Shown here one piece after another: positions 10,259-22,860 of a stretch of 64,000 nucleotides of DNA (positions are counted from its first letter, which is position 1; each line of letters begins with the position of its first letter). Both the position numbers and the translations under genes were made by a program. The notes beneath the pieces were generated by a model. It was not told the DNA's origin. It did no database searches and was given only the letters and a program-made list of their open reading frames with translations. The stretch lies in the NCBI GenBank assembly GCA_013239625.1, contig MU053588.1, positions 2,738,508-2,802,507 of the forward strand. Direction: 5' to 3'. This DNA is from Lama guanicoe (lineage: Eukaryota).

Positions 10259-10336
10259 GAGAGTTTGGAGCTGTGATGGAGGGCCAGCTCAACCAAGACG
10301 ACTCCATCCTCAAGGTGGCTGTGAAGACGATGAAGA
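10259..10336 (+). CDS. AXL: AXL exon 14 (Gly loop, VAVK lysine), 78 nt
   Basis: tccag|GAGAG...AAGA|gtgag; EFGAVMEGQLNQDDSILKVAVKTMK. Confidence 0.96.
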
Positions 10337-11339
10337 GTGAGTCTGTCTATGCACACACATGGGATCCCTGTCCCCTAACCTCACACCCCTTCCCTATGCC
10401 CCTCAGGAGGCAGAAGAACAGAAAAAGTACCAGCAAATGCGTTCTACCGCAGAGCCTCAGTGCTTCCAGACAGGAAATGGAGTCCATGCCAGGTCCTTCA
10501 ACAGAAGGAACTTGATATGGGGAGATTACTACAAAGGTGTAGGGAAAGCACAGCAGGGTGCAGAGAAACAACCCAGAGATTAGCAGCAGTATGTCCCTCC
10601 CACCCCTGGGCCTGAGCGCAGAGGGAGGAAATGGTGTCAGCAGAGCCCTCTGCCAGGGCCCCTTGGTGGGATTTAGGAATCACAGGGGCTGCTGTGTGGG
10701 AACTTGAAACACAAAGGAGACACAGTCACTACCAAGGCAATACTGGAAGCAGAAAGAGAAAGTGAAAGGCCCTGGCCTCTTCCCTCCTCTCATCCACCTG
10801 CCAGTCCCCATCGTGCTTCCCATTGGCAAACTCCATTAAGAAACCTTGAGGAAAGGGAGCCTGGGAAATGTAGTTTTCAGGGGCCAGCCCCCTATGATAC
10901 ATAGCAGAGCAAGGAAAGGTTCAGAATGAGGCCCACCTGGCTTCACCGTTTACTAGCTGTGTGATTTCAGGTAAGTGACTATCCCTCTCTGAGCCTCCCA
11001 TTTCTTAAAGCTCGAAAAGAAGATCCTAACGTCCCTACTTCCTGCGGTGTTGTGAGGCAAAGCACTTAATGTTGGTGGTGGCACAGAGTACACACAATTA
11101 ATATGGACTGCAACCATATTATTTACATCACCAGAGAGGGTGAGAGCTAGTCCAGAGTCACACAGCACAGGAAGTCCAAGGCCACATCCTTTCCACGCAG
11201 GGAAGAAGCTTAGAGGGTCAGGCTGGAGGTAAGGGAGGAATGGTCCTTTCGGAATTGCAGGGGCTAAAAGTTTGGGTTATGGAATCATCACTCATTTATT
11301 CATTCATTATCGAGTGCCTCCTGCGTACCAAGTTATGTT

Positions 11340-11685
11340 CCCGGCCTGGGTTTGAATCCCAGCTGTGCGGCGCTGGGCAAGTCACTGACTCTATGAGCCA
11401 GTATCCCCAGCTGTAAAACGGAGACATTCATATGGATCCCCAGGGCTGTTGGGAGAGTGCTGGGAACTCACACGGACCCTGGAGCCAGTCGGCCTGGGTT
11501 TGAACTCTGCCTATTCCTCTTGCAAGCTGTGTGTGCCTGTAAGCAGTTTCCTTAAACATTCTCTGCCTTGGTTTCCCCATCTTTAAAATGGGGGAAATAA
11601 TAGAACCACCTCAGAGGATTAGATGAGTGAATATATGTAAAGTGCTAAGTACAGAACCTGGTACTTACTGATCATGCTTGATGAA
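11340..11685 (+). mobile_element. Two tandem MIR remnants
   Basis: ggcctgggtttgaa occurs twice, each followed by a MIR core (ccttggtttccccatctttaaaatgggggaaataatagaacc). Confidence 0.65.
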
Positions 11686-11787
11686 GAAGATGGTGATGCT
11701 GAGGAGGATGACGATGAAGAGGAGGAAGAGGGAAGGAGTCCTCCCTCCCCTCCCCTCCTCCTCATTCACCTTCCTTTCTTCCCCAAG

Positions 11788-11880
11788 TTGCCATCTGCAC
11801 GAGGTCGGAGCTGGAGGATTTCCTGAGTGAAGCTGTCTGCATGAAGGAATTCGACCACCCCAATGTCATGAGACTCATCG
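11788..11880 (+). CDS. AXL: AXL exon 15 (alphaC helix), 93 nt
   Basis: ccaag|TTGCC...ATCG|gtgag; AICTRSELEDFLSEAVCMKEFDHPNVMRLI. Confidence 0.95.
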
Positions 11881-12279
11881 GTGAGGGAGGGGCTGACTTA
11901 AGGGGTCTACAGGCCCCGTGGAGGCCACACCACAGGGGAGACCCCTCCCTCTGGCCCTGGGAAGATGAAACCTCCAGGCTTCCTTTCTCCCCACTCCCTG
12001 AGAGTCAGCAAGCTCCCCCCTTCTTCTCTCCCTCAGCTTGGAATGTGACCTCTGACCTTCCCCAGAAATAGCTGAGGTCCCCAGGAGGGCTCGAGAAACA
12101 TCCCTGGGAACAGTGCTGGAAATGGTTTCTCTGAAGCATGGTCCTTGCCACCAGTGCCCCCGCTCCCCAACAGTCTGGAGGCCCGCTTTGAGCGGGAGGG
12201 AAGGACAGAGGTGGGAGAGGGGATGGCTTCCCCTTCCTTCCGCTCAACCCTGGTGACGGGGCTGCCTGGGGGGACTCAG

Positions 12280-12401
12280 GCGTCTGCTTCCAGGGTTCCG
12301 AAAGGGAGGGCTTCCCGGCACCTGTGGTCATCTTACCTTTCATGAAACACGGAGACCTACACAGTTTCCTTCTCTACTCCCGGCTTGGGGACCAGCCAGT
12401 G
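12280..12401 (+). CDS. AXL: AXL exon 16 (hinge region), 122 nt
   Basis: ctcag|GCGTC...GTG|gtgag; [40 protein letters not shown]. Confidence 0.95.
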
Positions 12402-12932
12402 GTGAGGACATTTGATTGTCTGGCCCACAAGTTAACAAACAATAAACAAGTTAACAAATCAGTAAGTGAGATAATGTAAGTGCTAGGAAGGAAATAAAGA
12501 AGCACGAGTGACAGGGAGGCCATGCAGTTAGTTTGGGTGGACAGGGAAGGTCTCCCGGAGGAGGGGACCTTGAAGAAGGAGTCAGCTGGTGGGAGGCGGG
12601 GAGATCTGGGAGGAAGCAGTCCTGGCAGAGGGCACAGCGTGGGCAGAGGCTCAGAGATGGACACAAGCATGGCTTGTTTTAAGACTGGAAAGTGAGCTCC
12701 CGGTTGGAGCATATGTTGAGGGTAAGAACTGTAGGAGATCAAGACAGAGAGGAAGGCAGGAGGTGATGGTGACATGATGCTGTGTGGGAAAGAGTTTGGA
12801 TTTCATTCTCGGAGCCACTGGAAACCATTGCTGGGCAGAGCTAGGCTCACATGGGAAGGGAGGGAGGTAGAGGGGAGGGATGGATCTCGGGGCCTCTGCT
12901 GACCTCATCTCCCTCCTGCCCTGGCCCCCCAG

Positions 12933-13042
12933 TTCCTGCCCACTCAGATGCTGGTGAAGTTCATGGCAGACATCGCCAGTGGCATGGAGTATCTGAGTAC
13001 CAAGAGGTTCATCCACCGGGACCTGGCGGCCAGGAACTGCAT
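12933..13042 (+). CDS. AXL: AXL exon 17 (catalytic loop), 110 nt
   Basis: cccag|TTCCTG...TGCAT|gtgag; [36 protein letters not shown]. Confidence 0.96.
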
Positions 13043-15370
13043 GTGAGTGTCCAGCCTTCCAGAAATCCCTCTCCTTCAGGGAGCCCCCTCCCTCCTTCCC
13101 AGGATGGAAGAGGGGCCCAGGCACACCGGCCCCTCTGGCGGGTCAGAAATCAGGAGTGGTCAGCGAGGAGGCTGGGGAAGGCTTTCTGGAGGAGGTGGGC
13201 CCTGAACTGAGATCCTGACGGAGTATTGGGATGTGAAGAGAAGGGGCCAGAGGGCAGGCTTAGTGGGTAGCGTGAGATGAGCAGAAGGGCAGAGGTGACG
13301 ATGAGGCTGGTGACATTTGGGCCTCATCTTTGCCCTCCTCCATGCTTAGTGACTCACTTGGGGCTACCTTTGGGGAGGGGCCACATCGAATAAGGAGACC
13401 AGACCCCCTGCCAGTGGACAAGCAGAAATTAGGCCAGAACCAGGGCTAATGTGAGGGTGTGTGTTTGTGTGTGTGTACATAGGCTTAGAATAATGGTCTC
13501 ATTACAATGCTCGACTCAGAAATTGGAGCTAGAGAATCTTCTATAAGATGTGCAAATGTTCACAACTCTTGGGAATATGGAAATTTCTTTATTCCTCTCC
13601 CCTTTTTATTTTGAAAAATTCCAGATCTATAGAAAAGTAGAAAGACTTATGCAACCAACACCCATACACCCTCCTCCTTGAGATTCTGCGAAGTTTCTCC
13701 TTCTCCTTCTCTCTCACCCCTCAACCATTTGAATCCAAATTGCCAAAAGGGTAACTAACACTCCACCCCTAAATCTTCAATAGGTATCTCCTAAAATAAG
13801 GACTAGATCACAATTCTGTTATCACACCTAAGAAGATTAACAATCATTCTGTAACGTAACCTACTATCCAATCCATATTCAAATTCCTCCAGCTGTCCTC
13901 CAGAATACCTTTTAGGGCTATTTTTTTCCCTTGAACTAGGATCTGTGCAAGTTTCCCATATTGCATTTGCTTGTTATACCCTTTTGGTCTCTTTTAACCC
14001 AGAACAGCCTCCTCCAGTGCCATCTGTGTATATTTTTGTGGCATATTTTTTTGGAAGAGATCAGGCTAGTTGTCTAGTAGAATGTCCCCTATCTAAGATC
14101 TGTGTGTTTCCTCTTGGTTGCATTTGCCTTGTTCCTCTGTTTCCTGTATTTCTTGTTAACTGGAAGGTAGGTCTAAAGGCATGAACAATCTCAGTCAAAA
14201 TGGAAGTTCTTTTATTTCTGTAACTTGGGCTGACCCTAGTCAAGTCCCCAGTGTAACAATGACATCGAGAATCAGAGTGGACAGTCTACTGTCCCGCCTG
14301 TGCCATGCTTTCTGTTAAGTTGTTAAAATACTAAAATACTCCCTTACCAGCTGGCAACTGGCCACTACCCCGAGCTTCCCACATTCTCCGTAGACACCAG
14401 CTTAGATGCCTGAGCGTAACCCATCTCCATTCCCTGCCGCGATCCTTCAGACCCCCCGCCCCGATCTCCAGGGCCCAGCATGTCAGGGGCCTCCACGGTC
14501 TGTTCTGGTTGGTCATTGCCCAAGTCCACCAGTCTGGCTAGAAATCATCAATTCTTAAAAAGATAGAATCCCAGAAACTCAAATGCAAGAATCAGGGAGG
14601 CTTCTATTTATATAAAGCACAAAAACAAGCACAAGTAATCTATGCTTTTGGAAGTGGAGATCTTGGTCACCCGGGAAGGGTAATTTCAGGAAGGAAGGAC
14701 TGGGAACCTTTCTTTCTCATTTTAAAAAAATCAATGTCTAGTTTATGTACACTAAAGTACACACATCTTATGTGTGCAGTTCAGTGAATGTTTACGTGTC
14801 TATAGAACAACCACCACTAGATCAATATAGAGAACATTTCTAGGCCCTGGCAGGCTCTCTCCTGCCTGTTCCAGCTGCTGCCCGCAATGGGTGACCACTG
14901 TTCTGGACTTCTGTCACCATCAACTTATGTCACCTGATTTTAAATGTCATATACATGGAATCATGCAATTTTCACTCTGTTGTATCTGGCTTCTGTTGCT
15001 CAGCATGATGTTTTTGAGATTAGTCCATGTACGTATCAGTATATCGTTGTATGTATCAGGAGTTATTTTTCTTTGCTGTGTAGTATTCCATTTTACACAT
15101 CATCATTATTATTTTTTTTTTCAAGGCTGTTCTGTTTCTTTATCTGGGTGCTGGTTATGTGGGTGTGCATGTGGAAATTCAGTAAGCTGGTCACTTAAGA
15201 TTTGTGCATGTTTCTGTATAAATATAGTATACTTCAAAGAAACATTTTTTTAAAAACCATAGAGTCAAGCCCAAGGAGCCTGGGAAGGACCTTAGAATCT
15301 GGCAAAAAGCCAGAGCTGGGAGGGCCCATAGCAGCCCCCTTCCCACCCACGTTTTGCAGTTCACTCCTAG

Positions 15371-15871
<501 letters not shown>

Positions 15872-16195
15872 TGATACATGGGACGTGTGGACAGTTTAGG
15901 TTAGGAGAACCAGTGGTAAATACGTATCCATGTGTATAATCAGGGTGTAGAGCCAGCCATGAGACCATGTGTCCACGAGTGTGTAAATGTGTGCATGTGT
16001 GAGCATCTCTGTGTGCATACAAGTTGTCTCTATGAGTGTTTACCTGTACCAAAGTATTTCTGTGAATAGCTGTGATGCACGCACAAAGCTCACTGTGTTC
16101 ACATAAGTGCGGGTGTGCCCATGAACCTGTGTGTTGGGCGGGGGTGTCTTTGTGCAGGAGACACCCTCTAATTCTCTCCCCTCCGCCCCCGACAG

Positions 16196-16332
16196 TGGTC
16201 CTTTGGGGTGACGATGTGGGAGATTGCCACACGGGGCCAAACCCCATATCCAGGAGTGGAGAACAGTGAGATTTACGACTACCTGCGCCAGGGAAACCGC
16301 CTGAAGCAGCCCGTGGATTGTCTCGATGGACT
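16196..16332 (+). CDS. AXL: AXL exon 19, 137 nt
   Basis: gacag|TGGTCC...GACT|gtgag; [45 protein letters not shown]. Confidence 0.96.
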
Positions 16333-17124
16333 GTGAGGACCCTGAGGACACCCTCCCTGCCATTCCTAGATTTCACTCTAAAACCCTGAGCTCCCCACAT
16401 GGCCCCAGCATATCCAGAACCCTCGAAAACCTGCACAGAATCCCTCAGACTGTTGAGGAACCCCCTGCCCCCTCACCAATGCTCTGCAGGAACATTCTAG
16501 CCCATGAAGTATGAATTAGCAAAAGGTGCCCTTTCCTCCTTTGCTTTGTGTGTGGAGTGCAGGCTGGATCCGCCCCCACAGCCAGGCATCCACGTGCAGG
16601 AAATAACTACACGATCTCAGCGGTGGCCCTGCCTCTGAGACCCCCACTCCTGAAGAATTCTAATTCCTCCCACACTCTCGAGCACCCGCACTTCCCCCAT
16701 GTGCTCTTCCACATCCAGGAGCCTCTGCAAAACCCTTATAATGAGCTTCTCCAAACTCTCAGGTCTCCTCTGCGATGTTCTCAGGATCCTTTCCGATGGT
16801 GCTTATCAAACTTTGCTGTTTCATGAAACACACACACTTTGGGGGTAAAGAGAAACTGTCACTTGGGTCAGGAAGGGACGGCCTGGGGCTTCCAACCCCC
16901 CAGGTCCTCCTTGGGAGCTCCAAGAGCTGAGGGGAGTAAGAATAGCTCACATTTCTGTAGAATTTACTAGAAGGCACTGTTTTAGGTGCTTCATGTGAAT
17001 TAACTCATCTGGTCCTCACCCCAGCAGTATGAGGTAGGTTGGCCCCATTATTATTCCCATATGCTGATGATGTAACTGAGGCCCACATAAAGGGCAAATC
17101 GTTTGCCAAAGGCTGCATAGCTTA

Positions 17125-17816
17125 TGTATTAGTTATCTGCACCCCAAAATCCAGTAGCTTAAAACAACAAGCATTTATTACCTCACACGGTTTCTGAAGG
17201 TCAGGAATCTAGGAACAGCTTAAAAGGGTGATTCTGGATCAGGGTTTCTAATGAAGTTACAGTCATGATATCAGCTGTGGCTGCAGCCATCCAAAGGTGG
17301 GGACTGGAAGATGGAGTTCAAGGTGGCTCACTCCCGTAGCTGTAAGCAGGAGGCCTCGGTTCCTTGCCACGTGGAGCCCTCCATAGTGCTGCTTGAGTTT
17401 CCTCCTGACATGGTGGCCGGCCTCCCCTAGATGAGCATTCCAAAAGATACAGCCAGGAGGAAGTCACAATAGCTTTTACAGCCTAGTCTCAGATGTCACA
17501 CACACCATCGTTGCTGCCAAGTCAGAATCCAGTGACCAAATCCAGCCCACACTAGGGAGGGAAATTAGGCTCCATCTTTTGAAGAGAGGAATGTCAAGGA
17601 ATTCAAGCATGTATTTTTTAAATTTAATGAATTATTTATTTTATTTTGTTTTTTATTGACGTGTAGTTAACTTACAATGTTAGTTTCAGGTATACAACAA
17701 AGTGATTTGGTTATACACCTGCATACATTTTTTTTTTCAGACTCTTTTCCATTATATGTTATTACAAGGAATGGAATATAGTTCCCTGTGTTGAGCACAT
17801 ATTTTAAACCAACACA
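17125..17816 (-). mobile_element. MLT1-type ERVL-MaLR solo LTR with an L1 3' fragment (~17615-17790) inserted near its end
   Basis: tgtattagttatct...gcttaaaacaacaagcatttattacctcacacggtttctgaaggtcaggaatct; L1 tail ttttattgacgtgtagttaacttacaatgttagtttcaggtatacaacaaagtgattt. Confidence 0.7.
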
Positions 17817-18137
17817 GTTTGCAAAGCTTTGATGCCAGAGTCTGTTCTGGGGAGCCACACTGGGAAGCTCCGCCCTAGCAAACCCTCACAAGAACATCCC
17901 CCTTTATCTAGAGAGGTTTCCCAAGACTCTTTCCAGCTCCTGAGTCTGTTCCAGGAGCCCCCTCAGAAATTCTTGAGAATCCCCAAATCCCCATAGATGC
18001 TCACAAACTGCTACAGTTCCCTACACTTCCATGAAATGCCCCCAGTCCCCTGAGGGTCCTAAAGTGCCCCCAAACTCCCAGAATGTTTCCCTTCTGAGCC
18101 CCTGCTCAGTCTCCCACCCCTCATTCTGCTGCCTTAG

Positions 18138-18489
18138 GTATGCCCTGATGGCCCGGTGCTGGGAGCTAAACCCTCGGGACCGGCCGAGTTTTGCAGAGCT
18201 GCGGGAAGATCTGGAGAACACGCTGAAGGCCCTGCCCCCGGCCCAGGAGCCTGATGAAATCCTCTATGTCAACATGGATGAAGGTGGGGGTCATCCTGAA
18301 CCACCTGGAGCTGCTGGAGGAGCTGACCCCCCAACTCAGCCTGACCCGAAGGATTCCTGCAGCTGCCTCACCTCAGCGGAGGTCCATCCTGCCGGACGCT
18401 ATGTCCTCTGCCCTTCTACAGCCCCCGGCCCCACCCTGCCTGCTGACAGGAGCTCCCCAGCAACCCCAGGGCAGGAGGATGGCGCCTGA
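18138..18489 (+). CDS. AXL: AXL exon 20 coding part through stop, 352 nt
   Basis: cttag|GTATGCC; YALMARCWELNPRDRPSF...EILYVNMDE...GRYVLCPS...PGQEDGA TGA. Confidence 0.96.
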
Positions 18490-18532
18490 GACAGCCTTCC
18501 ACCTGGGACTCCCTCTCAGGACCCAAGCTAGG

Positions 18533-18540
18533 CACTGCCA
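18533..18540 (+). promoter_or_regulatory. miR-34/449 8mer target site in AXL 3'UTR (overlaps a CACTGG miR-199-5p 6mer)
   Basis: CACTGCCA is the complement of the miR-34a seed; miR-34a repression of AXL through the proximal 3'UTR is established in human cells. Confidence 0.7.
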
Positions 18541-18633
18541 CTGGGGGACCCCCCCCCCACTTCCCCACTCCAAGCCTTACCCCCGACCGCAACCCTCTCT
18601 TCCTGCCTATTCCACTTCCATCCCAGACAGATC

Positions 18634-19770
18634 CTCTCCCTTTTCCGGACCTTAGTGTCCCCATGTGTAAAAAGGAAGGGGTTGGGTTGCAATCCCTAAG
18701 CTCCTCCCCCAGGTCTAACATTCCAAGATGCTAGACTCTAAGGTTTAAAGAGTCTAGATTCAGAGGTTCTACGTTTCAAAGATGAGTCTTTGCTTCTAAG
18801 GACCTGAAATTCCAAAGTCTTTAATTCTGAAGTGCTAAGGTTCTAGACATGGAAGTTCTAAAGCCTATATTCTAAGGCTCTGAGATTCTATGGCTCTAGA
18901 TGTTTCTGGTTCTAAGATTCTTGATAAAGCCTGCAAGATTTTAGGTTCTAAAATGCTAAGATTCTAATTCTAGGATCTAAGGCTCTATGATTCTAGATTT
19001 CGTTTTTCTGGAGTTCTGAGTCTTTAGGGTGTAAGATTCTAGATTCGACAATTCTAAAAATTCTATAATTCTAGACACGGAGGTTCTAAGGACTAATGCT
19101 CTCAAATTTGATGTTGTAAGCCTCTTCGAGTATAAATCCTCTGGCTATTAAGACTCTAGACCATGAGGCTTCAAGATTTGATTTTCTCAAATTCTAAGAT
19201 TCTAATGATGGCCAATTATAGGTTCTAAGGCTTTATGATCCTCGAAACTCTTGTTATGAGGTTCTGGATCCTAAATGTCTAAGATTCTAGAATCTGTAAT
19301 TCAAAGGTTCTAAGAATCTAAAGATGAAGGTACTAAGGTCTAAAATTCTAAGATGTGATGTTTTAAGACTTAGTCTAAGAACCTAGAGTCTCTGTGTCTA
19401 AGATTCCAGATCATATGCTTCAAGATTCTAGACTATTAAACTCTAAAATTCTAATGTTGTTCTGTTCTGTGTTTCAAGGCACTGTAGATTCTATTGATCC
19501 ATGATTCTGATCCTCGGCATCTACAGTGTAAGACTCTACAGTTGGTTGTGACTAAACAGATGTCAACGTTCTAATCATTTCTAATTTTGGACACCTTTAA
19601 GTTCTATGTTGCATCCTACCTTTCTAGGATTTTAGTTTTGGGTCCAAGAATTCACAATTCTAAATCTTAAAAGTCTGGGTGCTGTAGTTCTAAGATTCAC
19701 ACGTTGTAAGTTCTACAGGTCTCCAGGTCTAGAATTCCAAGGCACGTTATTCCAAGGTTCTAACCTTACA
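18634..19770 (+). repeat. MIR3-like SINE remnant (~18634-18730) plus ~1 kb degenerate (GATTCTAA/ATTCTAGA)-type octamer array in AXL 3'UTR
   Basis: ggaccttagtgtccccatgtgtaaaaaggaaggggttgggttgcaatccctaagctcctcccccaggtctaacattc resembles the MIR3 3' half as I recall it; followed by dozens of TTCTAAG/ATTCTAG/GATTCTA units. Confidence 0.7.
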
Positions 19771-19979
19771 ATATTCTTTGGTGTGACCTTTCCCCTCTTA
19801 GCCACCTCTGCTTCCTCCTCCCGCACGTAGGGGTGTGCCCCCTGAAGCATGTGCAATGCATTAAGGATGCCTCCTTTCCCCAGAGGACAATCCTTTGGGG
19901 CCATGCTGCCCCTCTGAGCCAGTCTCTCATGCCCCCTATATGAGTGTGGACTCTGGCACCTCCAAAGGGGCTCAGATTA

Positions 19980-19985
19980 CATAAA
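19980..19985 (+). terminator. Candidate AXL polyadenylation signal (variant CATAAA)
   Basis: CATAAA followed by a T/GT-rich segment (ctttgtaaccgtgcttctgtctcctcttgtct); I found no AATAAA in the UTR; alternative ATTAAA at 19435-19440. Confidence 0.45.
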
Positions 19986-20599
19986 ACTTTGTAACCGTGC
20001 TTCTGTCTCCTCTTGTCTCCACTCAGTTGTCCTGTGGCCCCTCTCCCTGGCAACTCAGTTACCCCTTCAGTAAAAAAGAAGGGTTTGGTGGTGTCTAGGA
20101 GTTCTCCCCTCACTAAAGAAGGTAGAAACGAACATATTTATGGAGAAAAAGACAAACATGCAGAGAAAAGCAGACTTTCTGAAGCTCCTAGTGAGGAATA
20201 GGCACATAGATACTCACATGGTCACACAGACAGCCTCCCCCACTGCAAAGTAACAAGACACATGAATCAATGGACATACTTAGGCACAACTGGCCACAAA
20301 TACAGAGACACACATCCAGATACAGAGTAACAAAATTATTTGCAAACACATGCACAGGCAGGTAGTCACCAGGAACAGGAAAAAGTAGAGTAACAGATAT
20401 GGATATTGTAAAGTGACACAAATACTCAGACATACAGAGTACGTATAGAGTACTCACAGACCCAAGCGTTCAGATTCACACAGACACACAGGCACAGAAC
20501 ACCTCCGATAGTCACAAGCCCACAAAGGGACTCTTGCCAAGCCAAGCCCACTGTGTTTTGCACGCATCGCGGGCACACGTTCCTGGGTGTGTCCCTCAG

Positions 20600-20785
20600 C
20601 AGCTGGAGGAACCCTTGGCAGCGCCCGGACGCCCCCCGGTGGTAGCTCTTGAGAACCGGGAACAGTTCAATCCGGGCCACAAACTTTTTTAGGACAAACC
20701 ATTGTGGGAAGCTGGGAGGAGAGAGGAAGTCGGACGTGGGCGAGGGGCGGGGTGTCTGGACTGGAACCTCCGGGCCCACGTGAGT
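20600..20785 (+). promoter_or_regulatory. HNRNPUL1: Candidate upstream HNRNPUL1 promoter and non-coding first exon ending at 20779
   Basis: local CpG cluster, ETS-like gaggaagt, GC box ggggcgggg, strong donor cac|GTGAGT at 20780. Confidence 0.55.
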
Positions 20786-21769
20786 GTCTGTCCCGCTTCT
20801 GAGTGGGTGCTGTGTGTCTAGGTTGCCGTTGTGTAAGCTTGTAGTGTAACTGTCCTGTGCGTCTTTATCATTTGATGCTGTGCCAACCTTGGTGGGCACA
20901 TCTATACCTCAGTTTGGTATATTGTCCCCTGAATTGATGCATTTGATCCTACATATGCCATTTGTTTATCTATGTTGTGTGTGCGCCTTTGTCTAAGCAG
21001 AGGTTGTGCGGGGCTTTTGTGGGGTTTAGGTATGATTCAGTGGGCAGCGGGCGTTTGCGTTGTGTATTTCCATAGTGTATCTTGTGTCTTTTGAACTAGA
21101 AGCGACTAGTGGTGCAGGGTTAGACATTGTGAAATTCTGTGGGTTTAGTGGCATGAGGCTTAATTACGGACCTGTCTGTATAAGCTTGTCACTATGGACG
21201 CCAAACAGGCGGATCTACTGAAGAGCAGTTCAGAGGATTTGGGGTAGAGACTCCTGAACTTCTGGAGGTCTTTCCGGAAGGGAAGGCTCTATGATTCCGT
21301 GCAGAGCGCCCATTCCACGTAAGATTCCCAACCATAGAGAAAGACGGCAGCCCAGTTGTGATCGGGGAAAGAGGCGCCAGTGAGATGTACTATGAAAGGG
21401 GAGAGGGTGCGATTTCCCTTACAACTTTTCTCCTGTTGTTAGTCTAGCCTCTATTTTCAAACCTTCAGGACGCTCTTAAGTGAAAGGGTTGCTTTTCATA
21501 AAAGCAACTGAGTTTATTCCAGATTAAAAATCATTTATCTACTTAATCTCTATTTCGTATACTTCCCTCTGTAGCCAAATTTGTAAGGCCGACCGTAACC
21601 AGAATGACCAATCTGGTTAGGTTTTCCTAAAACGATCCAACTGTACTAGCTTTTGTGAGATAAGACAATAACTGTGATTCGTGGACAGGTTGTTTTGAAA
21701 CCGCCCTAACGGCAAGGGGCAGGTCCTTCGTGAATTCATCTCTTTCCGGTTTCTTAAAGGCAATAGTGA

Positions 21770-22860
21770 AAGGGGCGGGGGAGGGGTCCGCCGACCCTCC
21801 ATTTGATTGGTTCTAGTGATTTTACCCGCTTGTACCCCTCTAGGGGCGGGAGATTTAATCCAATCAAAATATGTGTTACAGAGACACTAGTTTGATGAAA
21901 GGACTGTACAGGAAAGGCCGTGGTGGTGGGGGTGGATCATTTTGAGACCTCATCGCTAAATGGCCCAAGTCTTTACTCCCTTTCCCTGATTTGACTCTAC
22001 GGGAGCGGGCGCGCGGGCGCTACCCAATCACTGCGCGCTCCGCCTCCCTCCTTTTCCCGCCCTCCCGCTTCGGCCCGGGTATCGACGTAGGCCAACGCTT
22101 CCTCCCCGGCAGCTCTTAAGCCCTTTCATTGCCGTTTTTTGAAAGACGTGCTCTGATTGGCTGAGTCTCTGGGCCCGCGCCCGTTGCCCCCATGCGGTGG
22201 CCAATTGGCACCCGTGTTGCATCGCACAGGGCCGCGCAGGAGGGGGAGGTGGCGGCGGCGGCCATTTTGAGCTGCCGCCGCCATTGGAGTGGGGGGCCCC
22301 CCCCTTTCCCCCTTCGCCTCCTGACAGGAAAGGTTTAAGGGGGACAGAGCCCTGGGAGGCCGGTCCGGGCTCGGGGGCCGCCCCGGGGGCCCGGGCCATG
22401 GATGTGCGCCGTCTGAAGGTGAACGAACTTCGCGAGGAGCTGCAGCGCCGCGGCCTGGACACTCGCGGCCTCAAGGCCGAGCTTGCTGAGCGGCTGCAGG
22501 CGGCGCTGGAGGCCGAGGAGCCCGACGACGAGCGGGAGCTCGAGGCCGACGACGAACCGGGGCGACCCGGGCACAACAACGAGGAGGTCGAGACCGAGGG
22601 GGGCTCCGAGCTGGAGGGGACCGCACAGCCACCGCCGCCCGGGCTGCAGCCGCACTCGGAGCCCGGCGGCTACTCGGGGCCGGACGGACATTGTGAGAGT
22701 GCGCGGGGCGGGGGCCGGGGAGCCCGGAGTCCGGGCCGAGGAAGGGCTGTGGGACGCGGGAGTCCGGCGCCTGAGGTCGGGGAGGCGGTCGTAGGATCGG
22801 GGGATACGGCTACCCGCCGCTGAAAAGGATCTGGGGACAAGGCCCGCGGGACGACTGGAG
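21770..22860 (+). promoter_or_regulatory. HNRNPUL1: HNRNPUL1 CpG-island promoter
   Basis: high CpG density 22000-22860; several CCAAT/ATTGG boxes (~21806, 21860, 22025, 22156, 22201), GC boxes, YY1-like gcggccattttg and gccgccattg (~22257-22287). Confidence 0.85.
22398..22692 (+). CDS. HNRNPUL1: HNRNPUL1 exon 1 coding part (SAP domain), 295 nt
   Basis: gccATGG Kozak; [37 protein letters not shown]...GPDGH; CATT|gtgag. Confidence 0.96.

Noticed and set aside
18700..19770. Repeat array as CRISPR-like or coding repeat
   Set aside because: No conserved repeat with unique spacers, no ORF, eukaryotic 3'UTR context
22197..22397. GTG-initiated N-terminal extension of HNRNPUL1 suggested by the ORF track
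   Set aside because: GC-rich promoter/5'UTR lacking stops by chance; the ATG at 22398 has strong Kozak context and gives the known MDVRRLK start
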